DNA of 32,364 nucleotides from an uncultured Candidatus Saccharibacteria bacterium (GCA_964361035.1 CAYHZD010000003.1:1-32364), one strand, 5' to 3'; counted from the stretch's first letter, positions 8,547 to 17,478 are shown. Made by a program: numbers and translations. The notes: a model not told the origin generated them from the letters alone.

Positions 8547-10855
8547 ACACTAAACCGCTTGTCAGCGTTATTGTGCCCACCTACAATCGCGCGCATACGT
8601 TAGCCCGCGCGATTGCTTCCGTGCTCGCGCAAAGCTTTAACGATTTTGAATTAATTGTAGTCGATGACGGCTCCACGGACAATACCAAAGAAATAATGGC
8701 GCGTTTTCATGATGCGCGCATACAGTATGTGAAGATTGTGCATCAGGGCGCGGCGGCTGCGCGCAACAAAGGCATTGAAATGGCGCAGGGAGATTTTGTT
8801 GCCTTTCAGGATTCTGATGATGAATGGCTGCCAGAAAAACTTGCCGCGCAGGTTGATATGATGCGTCAATCACCGCCGTCAGTGGGCGTGGTTTATACGG
8901 GGTTTACTAAAATTACTAAAAGCGGCGCTCACAAAGAATACCCCCCCGCTTCGTTGATGAGAAAAGAAGGCGCTCTATTGGTAGAACTTTTGCTGGATAA
9001 TTTTATTACCACGCAAGCCGCATTGGTACGGATATCGTGTCTTCGGGCCGTAGGCGGATTTGATGAGCGGCTTTACGGCATGCAGGATTGGGAGTTGTGG
9101 ATTCGTATCGCCAAACAGTGGGAGTTTGCCTATGTGCCGCGCAAGCTCGTGATTACGCATTACAGCCCGTTTAGCATTTCAACGGATCGCAAGGGGCGTC
9201 TGAAAGCAAAAGAAATAATTTTCTGGAAACATCGCGCTCTGTTCTTGCGCTATCCGCTGATAGCCATGCGTCACGCATATACCATTTTTCGCAATAAAAT
9301 GCTTTTGCTTCAAACAGCTTTTTTTCTTCCCTTTTTTTACGCTGCCTTCCCGCTGCTTTTTCTTTTTGCCTTTAATATTGAACAGACGTCGCTTGATAAT
9401 CTTTTTCTTCCTTTGACGCTTGCTTTAAGCGGGGCTGGTCTTTTCTTTAGCATCTCCTTTTTACTTTTTAAGCGAAGTATTGTAAAAGCGGCTTTGTTTA
9501 GTGCAGCTTTTTTTCTTATATTTTTTGCTTTTGGTCATGTCCGCAACGCGCTTGAAAATATCACGTTATTCGGGATTGATGTAGGCAGAGATCGCCATGT
9601 GCTCTTCGGGTTCGGTTTTATGATTGCCGCCATTTTCGGCATCCTTTTTCGCATGGCGCGAAGTCTTGACTATGTGGTACGCCTTTTATTCATTTTAGGG
9701 CTTATTCTTATTGCTTTTCCTCTTTTCTCAATTGCCTCCTTTGAGGCGCGTACTTTATGGCAGAACAATGAGCGCGTTGTCCCCCAAGACAATTCTTTGA
9801 GCAAGGGAGATGCGATATCACGCGACGCACTCCCTGATGTGTATTATATTATTCTCGATGGATACGCGCACGAAAGCACGTTGCGCCGCATTTATGAATT
9901 TGACAACAGTGCTTTTATTGCGCGCATGCGGGAGTACGGTTTCTTCATTCCTGCCGGAAGCCGGGCGAATTACGCGCAGACGCATCTCTCACTTGCCTCC
10001 GCTTTGAGCATGAATTATTTACCCGCATTTTCCGAAGATGCCGCCCCCCGCAAGACAACCTATCCTCTTATACAAAAGAATGCCGTTGCTCGTTTTTTGC
10101 ACGGACACGGATATCGTTTTATCCATATTAGTTCGGGGATGGTAGATATGACTAATCGCAATCCGTATGCTGATCTTGATTTTCGCAATGGCCGGTTTAA
10201 TGAATTTACTATGTTGACCCTCGAGTCAAGCGCGCTTTATCCCTTTGTGCGCCAGCGCATTGAAGCGGAAGAACGCGGGCGCGTTTTTTATTCATTTGAA
10301 ACGCTCATGCGCATGCCGGATTTGGAAGGCCCAAATTTTATTTTTGCTCATATGCTCGTGCCGCATCCGCCCTTCGTATTCGGTCCGCAAGGAGAGCGAA
10401 TTGATGATCCGCAATTGCGGCTCTATGAAAAAAATCCATGGGTGCTTAAAGATCATTATCGCAACCAGCTTCTTTTTACTAATAAAAAAACGCTTGAAAC
10501 GGTGGATGCGATTCTTAGTCAATCAAAAACCCTGCCGATTATTATCATTCAAGGCGATCATGGAACGGCATCCACCGGTGAAGGATATAAGGGCCTTGAG
10601 GGTCCTACCACCACCCTTGCAAAGGAACGCATGAAAATTTTTGCGGCATATTATTTGCCTGCCGATCAGAATGGGCTGCCGGAAATATCCAATATTATCC
10701 CCGATGAAATAACGCCCCTTAATGCATTCCGTCGTATATTTAACGCGTATTTTAACGCAGGATTCGAAATTCTTCCCGATAAAAGCTACCTTTCTTCTTA
10801 CGAGCAGCCGTTTATTTTAACCGACGTTACCGATAAAGCCAGCGGTGATTATTGA
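8543..10855 (+). CDS. Fusion protein: N-terminal family-2 glycosyltransferase + 5-TM + alkaline-phosphatase-superfamily domain (paralog 3)
   Basis: GT2 part: VSVIVPTYNRAHTLARAIASVLAQSFNDFELIVVDDGSTDNT, the DSDDEW (DxD) motif and QDWELWIRI. From about aa 257 (nt 9311) it is collinear with the two upstream paralogs: LLFLFAFNIEQ, TM helices, PDVYYIILDGYAH, ANYAQTHLSLASAL, NFIFAHMLVPHPPF, IIIQGDHGT, ITPLNAFRRIFN. Confidence 0.85.
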   Translation: MNTKPLVSVIVPTYNRAHTLARAIASVLAQSFNDFELIVVDDGSTDNTKEIMARFHDARIQYVKIVHQGAAAARNKGIEMAQGDFVAFQDSDDEWLPEKLAAQVDMMRQSPPSVGVVYTGFTKITKSGAHKEYPPASLMRKEGALLVELLLDNFITTQAALVRISCLRAVGGFDERLYGMQDWELWIRIAKQWEFAYVPRKLVITHYSPFSISTDRKGRLKAKEIIFWKHRALFLRYPLIAMRHAYTIFRNKMLLLQTAFFLPFFYAAFPLLFLFAFNIEQTSLDNLFLPLTLALSGAGLFFSISFLLFKRSIVKAALFSAAFFLIFFAFGHVRNALENITLFGIDVGRDRHVLFGFGFMIAAIFGILFRMARSLDYVVRLLFILGLILIAFPLFSIASFEARTLWQNNERVVPQDNSLSKGDAISRDALPDVYYIILDGYAHESTLRRIYEFDNSAFIARMREYGFFIPAGSRANYAQTHLSLASALSMNYLPAFSEDAAPRKTTYPLIQKNAVARFLHGHGYRFIHISSGMVDMTNRNPYADLDFRNGRFNEFTMLTLESSALYPFVRQRIEAEERGRVFYSFETLMRMPDLEGPNFIFAHMLVPHPPFVFGPQGERIDDPQLRLYEKNPWVLKDHYRNQLLFTNKKTLETVDAILSQSKTLPIIIIQGDHGTASTGEGYKGLEGPTTTLAKERMKIFAAYYLPADQNGLPEISNIIPDEITPLNAFRRIFNAYFNAGFEILPDKSYLSSYEQPFILTDVTDKASGDY

Positions 10856-10863
10856 AAATAACA

Positions 10864-13128
10864 TCATTCTTCTCGGTAGCGGGAATATTCATCAGAGGAA
10901 ATATTCTGTTGGTTCCCGATGAATTCGTTTTTGGAAAGTATTGCTTCTCCGCCTGTGATAAAATGCGGTTTTTTGCGATAAAGCCCAATAGCGGTTTCGT
11001 TTTCTTCCAAGATATTGTTGATCATTGTCGCTTCGGAACGGTCTTTTACCGCGATACCATATATGCAATTTTTTATACTATTTTTTTCAATAAGAGGATG
11101 TGATGCTTCGCCTACGCTTATTCCTTTATCACCGCATGTTTTCACCGTATTGTCGCGCAAAACTATTTTTGAAAAGCTAAGGTCTATGGCGTCTCCGCCT
11201 GTAGCAGTAAAGAGATTACGTTCAAAAAGCGATTCGCCTCTCGCAAAATCAATATCAACACTATCGGCGCTATTGTCGTCAAAAAGAGTGTCGGCAATGA
11301 CCGCTTCTCCGAAAAGAATATGGATGCCGTCGTCAGCACTTGCGTTTTCAATGGTGCCGTGGCGAAATTCAATATCAGCATTATGCGCAGAGAGCATGCC
11401 GCTGAAATAGACGCCGTTGTTGGTTGCGTCTTTGCCGCCGCGAAGGGCGACATGGGAAAATACACTCTTTTGCGTAGTATTGACGACCGCAAACACGCCC
11501 CATGGACTTTTTGTATTAAGACGCGTGAAGAGAATTGGCTGGGCAGGCGTTCCCGCCGCCGTTACCGGACTAAATGAAATAAGCGAAACCGATGGCCCCA
11601 AAAAAAGTTTTACTCCTTCGCGGATTATTACGGTGAGATTACGTGGGATGATGATGTCGCTTGTCAATCTATACGAACCCGACGGAAGAATGACGACAGA
11701 AGGTTCCATGCCAGCTACAAACAGCGGGTTATTTTTTAGGAATTCATTACGCGAAGAACTGACGGCGCGAAAAGAAGAAAACTCATCGTCGGCAAGGGGA
11801 TCGCCAAGGGGATATGATTCTTCCGCGAAATGAAAACGGATTCCGCCAGTTTCGAGCATGGACGCTAATGTAAGAAAATTGTGTTGGTAAATGTTTCGAT
11901 CGGAAGCGATTTGTGCGCGTGCCTCAAACGATGTTTGAATCTTCGTATTATCCCGATAGATCGATGGAAGCAGACTGTCCGTCATCGAATCGTAAAAAGC
12001 GAGATCGTTGGCGAGATGATCGGGGTTCGAAAGATAAGAGCGAGCGATTTGTTCAAAACGCGCCATAAACTTTTTTTGTTTAAGGATTCGACTCATAAGC
12101 CGATTTTGTGAAATATCAATAGGATCGGAAAGTTTTGCAAGTGTTGCGTCGAAGAGCACCGGTTCGAATGTTCCGGTTGCATTATTAAAAAAAAAGTTAA
12201 TATTTGCTCCATTGCTTAATTGTGAGAAATCGCCGAAAATTGTAGTGAGGAAACTCCAGCGGAGAAACGCGTCTCTATCAAGAATGGCGTCAATTTCTTT
12301 CGTGAAGACCTTATCAGGCGCGTTCGCGATCAGTGAGAGGAAATAAATAAGCTCGGGGAATGTTTCCCCTGGACGTTCTTCCTCGAAGCGATTGTACCAC
12401 TGGTTTGCGGCTTCCGGACGAAACAGATCAGGCTTTGAAATGAAAATATTTTTGTTGGCAAAAAGAGGCGAGAGCTGCTTCCCATTGCGTTCAAGGAACG
12501 ATTCTTCCCACCCCTCCACAAGCATGAAGACTCCCATTGGTTTTTTATTAACCACGAGATGTACCGCCTCCATTTTTGGTGACATAAGATCGAATTTATT
12601 AGCGAGATGATTCGAAAGAAATCCTTTAATCCATCCCTTGTCTTCACCGATAAAAAAGCGGAGCGTAGCGCGGTCTCCCAAGGGCTGCTCTGCGGGAAGA
12701 TTTACCTGAAATGATTTTTTGAGCGCGTTCCAATGATTGGGAGAAACGCCGCGGTAACGAACCTTTGCATCGGCAGTGCCATAAGAGCCATGACGGAATG
12801 TCGCTTTAACCGTGTTCTTAAATGACTCGTAAAGCCGGTTTTCTTTTGGATAATCAGGCAGATTATTGATAAGACGAGAGAGATCATTTTTTGAGAATTC
12901 TATTTCGTAGACAGGTAGGGGATTACCAGCCATGAATGTGCTTGCCGCTAGATAAGGAAGATCGATTATTTTTTTTATGGATCGCCACGTGGGCGCGAAA
13001 TGACGGATTATCGGGTTTGGATTGGAAGCGATGGCATCGAGGCGTGCGATGACGGCGCCATTGCGCAGAATGGCAAGAATCCCTATACTGAACACCGCAA
13101 GGATGACACCAACCACTATTTTTTTCAT
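10864..13128 (-). CDS. Secreted/membrane-anchored CotH kinase-family domain protein fused to a C-terminal right-handed parallel beta-helix repeat domain
   Basis: Signal anchor MKKIVVGVILAVFSIGILAIL from ATG 13128 (the track start 13164 is a TTG). CotH-like core: VRYRGVSPNHWNALKKSFQVNL, LRFFIGEDKGWIKGFLSNHLANKFDLMSPKMEAVHLVVNKKPMGVFMLVEGWEESFLERNGK and NINFFFNNATGTFEPVLFD. The C-terminal 260 aa hold PbH1-type repeats (GIHILFGEAVIADTLFDDNSADSVDIDF..., GDKGISVGEASHPLIEKNSIKNCIYGIAV...). Confidence 0.68.
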   Translation of the reverse strand: MKKIVVGVILAVFSIGILAILRNGAVIARLDAIASNPNPIIRHFAPTWRSIKKIIDLPYLAASTFMAGNPLPVYEIEFSKNDLSRLINNLPDYPKENRLYESFKNTVKATFRHGSYGTADAKVRYRGVSPNHWNALKKSFQVNLPAEQPLGDRATLRFFIGEDKGWIKGFLSNHLANKFDLMSPKMEAVHLVVNKKPMGVFMLVEGWEESFLERNGKQLSPLFANKNIFISKPDLFRPEAANQWYNRFEEERPGETFPELIYFLSLIANAPDKVFTKEIDAILDRDAFLRWSFLTTIFGDFSQLSNGANINFFFNNATGTFEPVLFDATLAKLSDPIDISQNRLMSRILKQKKFMARFEQIARSYLSNPDHLANDLAFYDSMTDSLLPSIYRDNTKIQTSFEARAQIASDRNIYQHNFLTLASMLETGGIRFHFAEESYPLGDPLADDEFSSFRAVSSSRNEFLKNNPLFVAGMEPSVVILPSGSYRLTSDIIIPRNLTVIIREGVKLFLGPSVSLISFSPVTAAGTPAQPILFTRLNTKSPWGVFAVVNTTQKSVFSHVALRGGKDATNNGVYFSGMLSAHNADIEFRHGTIENASADDGIHILFGEAVIADTLFDDNSADSVDIDFARGESLFERNLFTATGGDAIDLSFSKIVLRDNTVKTCGDKGISVGEASHPLIEKNSIKNCIYGIAVKDRSEATMINNILEENETAIGLYRKKPHFITGGEAILSKNEFIGNQQNISSDEYSRYREE

Positions 13129-13143
13129 AAGTTTATGAGTACC

Positions 13144-14541
13144 ATGAAACAGAGAAGCGGTCAATGCATTGTCGGCGGTATCGTACTTATCGCATTGAGT
13201 GCCGCCATAGTGCAGGCGTTCGTGTGGGAGAGCTGGCCGCGCTTGGCCAATCCGTTAAGCGATCCGGATAATTTTCAAACAAGACGCGCGGTAAGCCTGC
13301 TGACAACCGGCACGTTCAATTTCAGAGAGGTAGGATTTGTCAGTTTGCAGGGATTGCGCGGCCCTGCTTACCCCATCGTGCTTGCATTTGCATTTTTAAT
13401 CACAAGGGCCGCAACCGCGTGGCCGGTCTATATACTCAACGCGCTTTTTTTTGCGGGAGCCATTATGTTTCTTTGGCTGTTCGCAAAACGTTTTCTCTCT
13501 GGTCTCTGGCAATTTCTGCCGCCATTTATGCTCGCGGTGTTTTGGGAAGCAACTTCTCTTGTGGTAGTGCCCAGTTACGAAATATTTAGTTTATCTGTTG
13601 CATTAGGATCGCTGGAAGCGTTGTTTCGTTATCGCGATACTGCGCAAGCGCGATGGCTTGCTGTCGCGGCATGCGGTATCGCGATTTGGACGCTTGAGCG
13701 GCCCGTTATGCTTTATGCACTCCCGTTTCTTTTTTTGATTATGTTGATCTGGCAGGCAAAGCGGCTTTCCGTGCGGTCTCTCGGCGTACATCTTGGCATT
13801 GTCGCAGCTCTCCTCGCGCTCTTGGTCGGTTCCTGGTCGTATCACAATTATACGGCCTACGGCACCTGGCAGCTGGGAAGCGCAGGTCCTATTTTGTTGC
13901 GGCGCGCTTCGCAAGTTGATTTTTCTTCTCGCGAGCTTATTTCTATGGCATTAAGTTTCAGTGTGGGTGATTTTATCGGCAGCAGGATATACGCGCATTA
14001 TCCGGCAGACGCGGAGCCAAAAACATGGGATCCAGAAATTGAGCGGCGCCTGGAACGCACGGGTTTCTATAGATCAAACTGGTACGTGACCGATGACGAC
14101 GGCAGCGTGCTGACGCGCGTGGCATTTGAGCAGCGTCTTATGCGGGAAGCGAAAGAAAAAATGCGCGCGCGGCCCGTCATTTTTTTTCTGACAGGATTTA
14201 TTAATATGTTGCGTCTTAATGCGCCGGTGAATTACGGGGGCCAAGAAATGATGCATCTGTTTGTAGACAGCCATGAACAGTTTGCTGCGGCGGTAAAAAT
14301 CGCCATTATTGCCGCAATTCGTCTCGCGTGGCTTGCGTTCGTGTTAATTGCGTTATTTGCTCTCTGCACGCATTGGTATGATTGGTGGGCGTGGAGCGTC
14401 CCCGCGTTTTTAATCATGTACTATAACGGCATGCATGTTTTTTTTACACATGCGGAGGTGCGCTATCTCCTCACCGCAATGCCACTCTATTTTCTTTTCT
14501 TTGTAGAGGGACTGCGTCTTTTAACTAGAAAATATTTTTAA
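13144..14541 (+). CDS. GT-C fold membrane glycosyltransferase (ArnT/PMT-like, GT39/GT83-type), paralog A
   Basis: Polytopic. After TM1 there is an acidic loop (NPLSDPDNF), then LRGPAYPIVLAFAFL (the PPxYP-type motif). The C-terminus HAEVRYLLTAMPLYFLFF is shared with ORF 25241..26650. Start at ATG 13144 or 13135; the ORF is open from 13000. Confidence 0.6.
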   Translation: MKQRSGQCIVGGIVLIALSAAIVQAFVWESWPRLANPLSDPDNFQTRRAVSLLTTGTFNFREVGFVSLQGLRGPAYPIVLAFAFLITRAATAWPVYILNALFFAGAIMFLWLFAKRFLSGLWQFLPPFMLAVFWEATSLVVVPSYEIFSLSVALGSLEALFRYRDTAQARWLAVAACGIAIWTLERPVMLYALPFLFLIMLIWQAKRLSVRSLGVHLGIVAALLALLVGSWSYHNYTAYGTWQLGSAGPILLRRASQVDFSSRELISMALSFSVGDFIGSRIYAHYPADAEPKTWDPEIERRLERTGFYRSNWYVTDDDGSVLTRVAFEQRLMREAKEKMRARPVIFFLTGFINMLRLNAPVNYGGQEMMHLFVDSHEQFAAAVKIAIIAAIRLAWLAFVLIALFALCTHWYDWWAWSVPAFLIMYYNGMHVFFTHAEVRYLLTAMPLYFLFFVEGLRLLTRKYF

Positions 14542-15559
14542 GATACGTAAAGCGCTGTTCCATGTCACTTAGCGTTTCCAGCCAGCGGATATTATAAAAA
14601 ATGGGGCTTTCAATATCAGGATTTTCTTGCAAGTGTTCCCATATTTCTTTCACACCCTTTTCAATTTCTAGAGGGAAAGAAAGATTAAATTGGTTCATTT
14701 TTGCATTGGCAACTTGATAACTGCGCCGAGGAGCGCCTACGACATCCTGTAATTCAATGGCAGGAGATGTATTGAAAATATCCTTTAATGTTTTTTGAAT
14801 GCGGTACGCGAGCACATTGATAAGAATGTTATCCTCTAAAAGATTAATGATCTCCGGTTTTTTGATAAGGTGAGGGTTTTGAATGAAGTGCATATAGGCA
14901 TGCGCGGCATTTTGTAGATGCAAAAACGGCCGCCATGTTTTACCGCGCAAATGGATAGTAAGCGCGTTTTTTTTAAACGCATCTTTAGTAAATGTATTAA
15001 CTGCTAAGTCGTATCGCATGCGAGGTGAGGCGCCATAAAGCGTACCCATACGCAGAATGATCGGTACAAAGGAGGCGCTTGCTGCTTCCTGCAGCGCTTG
15101 CTCCGCCAAAAATTTTGACCGCGCGTAAAATGTTGTTGGGTTGATAATAGTCTCTTCAGTTTTGATATCTTCTTCCGGATTTTCACTATGATAAACCGAA
15201 CAAGAAGAAGCAAAGAGAAAACGCGGCACGCCGTATTTGATTGCTGCGCGGATAACATTTTTTGTTCCTTCCACATTGATAGATTCGTTTGCCGCCGGAT
15301 TATAATTTGCAGTGGGATCATTTGAAAAGCCGGCAAGGTGAATGATAGTGTCAACATTCTCCGCGAGGCGGTCGTCGAATGAACGCACGTCGCCAATGAC
15401 AAGGTCGATACGATTCTTTACCGCATCAAGAGAGGTAAACCCGAAATAGCCCTTATCAAACACGCGTACGCGATAGCCCTCGCGGCAAAGGAGCGGCACC
15501 AAAATACTTCCCAGATAGCCAGCTCCGCCTGTCACTAATACTGTCTTTTCGTTTTCCAT
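14525..15559 (-). CDS. NAD-dependent epimerase/dehydratase family (extended SDR) sugar-nucleotide enzyme
   Basis: VLVTGGAGYLGS Rossmann motif, SSCSVY and the YARSK (YxxxK) catalytic motif. Start at ATG 15559 (MENEKTVLVTGG) or 15583. The 3' end overlaps the convergent GT-C gene by 17 nt. Confidence 0.85.
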   Translation of the reverse strand: MENEKTVLVTGGAGYLGSILVPLLCREGYRVRVFDKGYFGFTSLDAVKNRIDLVIGDVRSFDDRLAENVDTIIHLAGFSNDPTANYNPAANESINVEGTKNVIRAAIKYGVPRFLFASSCSVYHSENPEEDIKTEETIINPTTFYARSKFLAEQALQEAASASFVPIILRMGTLYGASPRMRYDLAVNTFTKDAFKKNALTIHLRGKTWRPFLHLQNAAHAYMHFIQNPHLIKKPEIINLLEDNILINVLAYRIQKTLKDIFNTSPAIELQDVVGAPRRSYQVANAKMNQFNLSFPLEIEKGVKEIWEHLQENPDIESPIFYNIRWLETLSDMEQRFTYLKNIF

Positions 15560-15622
15560 GATAGCATTAAAAGCATAAAACATCTTTTACTTTTTTGCAA
15601 CAGTATGCTATGGAAAAGGCAT

Positions 15623-16765
15623 ATGCGAATTCCCCATGCGCGCCCTGATATTACCGCAAAAGATATCAATGCAGTTGCGGCGGTGCTTAAAACGCCATTT
15701 TTGGCGCGCGGGCCGAAACTTGCCGAATTTGAGGAAAAAATTGCGCGGTACGTGGGCGTACGCCATGGCATTTCCGTCAATTCCGGCACAAGCGCTTTAC
15801 ATCTTATTGTAAAAGCGATGGGTATTGGGCCGGGGGACATGGTAATCACCACCCCGTTGAGTTTTATTGCATCCTCAAATTGCCTTCTTTTTGAGGGCGC
15901 TATCCCAGTTTTTGTGGATATTGATCAAAAAACGGCCATGATTGATTCGGCACTCGTGGAAGAAAAAGCGAAAAAGTTGCGCGCCGCAAAAAAACCGCTT
16001 AAAGCAATTTTGGCGGTTGATCTGTTTGGCAGTCTTGCCGCATGGAATGATTTAAGACGTATCGCAAAACGTTACGGTCTTTTTTTGATAGAAGATAGCG
16101 CACAGGCACTGGGGACATACGCAATGGTTCGTGGAAAAAAGCATATGGCAGGCACCTTTGGCGATGCAGGTATTTTTGCTTTTTTTCCCAACAAGCAAAT
16201 CACGACCGGCGAAGGCGGTATGGTGGTAACCGATGACGCGGCAATCGCAAAACGTGTGCGGATGTTGCGTAACTATGGACGAGAAAAGGGCGGCTATTAC
16301 CATACTATCCTCGGCTATAATTTTCATTTGAGTGATATAAACTGCGCTCTTGGCATTGCTCAGTTGACTCGTATTGAAGAGATTATCGCAAAACGCGCAC
16401 GCATCGTTGAATGGTATCAACAGGTATTTGCGGGCAACAACGATGTGTTGTTTTATGCCGCACCTCCTTTCGTACGAGTGAGTTGGTTTTCGGCTATTGC
16501 GATTCTTGCCGACCGTTTTACCGAAACGCAACGCAATGCGTTTTTACATACACTTGCTCAGAAGGGCATTGATTGCCGCAATTATTATCCCCCCATTCAT
16601 TTACAGCAATCGTTTCGCCAATTTGGCTACAAAAAAGGCGATTTCCCTCGCGCCGAATCATTTGCGGCACAAACGATCGGTCTTCCTCTTTTTAGTACTA
16701 TGACTCACGCACAGGTGGACTATGTATGCGCGGCACTCCTTAACATTTTAAAAGTTATCAGGTAA
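15623..16765 (+). CDS. DegT/DnrJ/EryC1/StrS family PLP-dependent sugar aminotransferase
   Basis: MRIPHARPDITAKDINAVAAVLKTPFLARGPKLAEFEEKIARYVG..., NSGTSALHL, and FFPNKQITTGEGGMVV (the PLP lysine context). An alternative upstream ATG lies at 15605. Confidence 0.9.
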   Translation: MRIPHARPDITAKDINAVAAVLKTPFLARGPKLAEFEEKIARYVGVRHGISVNSGTSALHLIVKAMGIGPGDMVITTPLSFIASSNCLLFEGAIPVFVDIDQKTAMIDSALVEEKAKKLRAAKKPLKAILAVDLFGSLAAWNDLRRIAKRYGLFLIEDSAQALGTYAMVRGKKHMAGTFGDAGIFAFFPNKQITTGEGGMVVTDDAAIAKRVRMLRNYGREKGGYYHTILGYNFHLSDINCALGIAQLTRIEEIIAKRARIVEWYQQVFAGNNDVLFYAAPPFVRVSWFSAIAILADRFTETQRNAFLHTLAQKGIDCRNYYPPIHLQQSFRQFGYKKGDFPRAESFAAQTIGLPLFSTMTHAQVDYVCAALLNILKVIR

Positions 16766-16790
16766 AAAGTGTTATAAAATTCAACAAAAG

Positions 16791-17450
16791 ATGAATATGA
16801 TGCACATTCAAAAAATTGCCATAGTAGGCGCTGGTGGGCATGGAAAGGTAGTGCTTGAGGCGCTTCTTGCGCAACAGGAAATGCGCACTCCGATAACGAT
16901 GTATGGATGGCTCGATGATGTGAGCGAGCGGCACGGGAAAGCGTTTTGTGGCTATCCTATTGTTGGGGGGAGAGCATTGTTTCCTCAACTGAAAATTGAA
17001 AATGTCGCCGTCATTATCGCTCTTGGCGATAACGCAAAACGCGTTGAAATTGCCGCAGAGATGAATCGGTTCGGCATAGATGCCTATACAATTACCCATC
17101 CCTCTGCGGTGGTAAGCAAAAGCGCGAATATCGGAAAGGGATGTATGATCATCACGCGCGCCGTTGTGCATCCCGACGCAATAATCGGTGATCATACCAT
17201 TATCAATACGGGCGCTATCGTGGAGCACGACAATGTTATTGGCTCGTTTTGCCATATCGCGCCCGGAGTGAATCTCGGCGGTCGCGTGAAGATAGGCGAT
17301 TTTACTGATGTCTTCACGAATGCTACGGTGCTTCCTGATGTGACGGTTGGAAACCATTGCGTCATCGGCGCAGGCGCCGTGGTCTTGCGTGATGTGCCGG
17401 ATTATGTTACCGTAGTCGGGAATCCAGCTCGTATCTTGAAAAAGGAATAA
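16791..17450 (+). CDS. NeuD/PglD/VioB-family sugar N-acetyltransferase (left-handed beta-helix, hexapeptide repeats)
   Basis: N-terminal Rossmann-like IAIVGAGGHGKVVLEAL. C-terminal hexapeptide repeats (IGKGCMIITRAVVHPDAIIGDHTIINTGAIVEHDNVIGSFCHIAPGVNLGGRVKIGDFT...VGNHCVIGAGAVV). Confidence 0.85.
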   Translation: MNMMHIQKIAIVGAGGHGKVVLEALLAQQEMRTPITMYGWLDDVSERHGKAFCGYPIVGGRALFPQLKIENVAVIIALGDNAKRVEIAAEMNRFGIDAYTITHPSAVVSKSANIGKGCMIITRAVVHPDAIIGDHTIINTGAIVEHDNVIGSFCHIAPGVNLGGRVKIGDFTDVFTNATVLPDVTVGNHCVIGAGAVVLRDVPDYVTVVGNPARILKKE

Positions 17451-17464
17451 TAACAAACAAAATG

Positions 17465-17472
17465 AAAGGAGG
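17465..17472 (+). promoter_or_regulatory. Shine-Dalgarno site (AAAGGAGG) for the DUF218 gene
   Basis: AAAGGAGG lies 6 nt upstream of ATG 17479. It is one of very few canonical SD motifs in the window. Confidence 0.6.
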
Positions 17473-17478
17473 CCCTGA

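Noticed and set aside
12187-12195. Homopolymer tracts as contingency loci: A9 at 12187-12195 in the CotH gene, A9 at 20421-20429 at the end of the GT2 gene, and several T8 runs in the membrane-protein genes
   Set aside because: They encode Lys/Phe runs expected in AT-leaning membrane and surface protein genes. The lengths are at the low end for phase variation, and a single sequence gives no evidence of length polymorphism.
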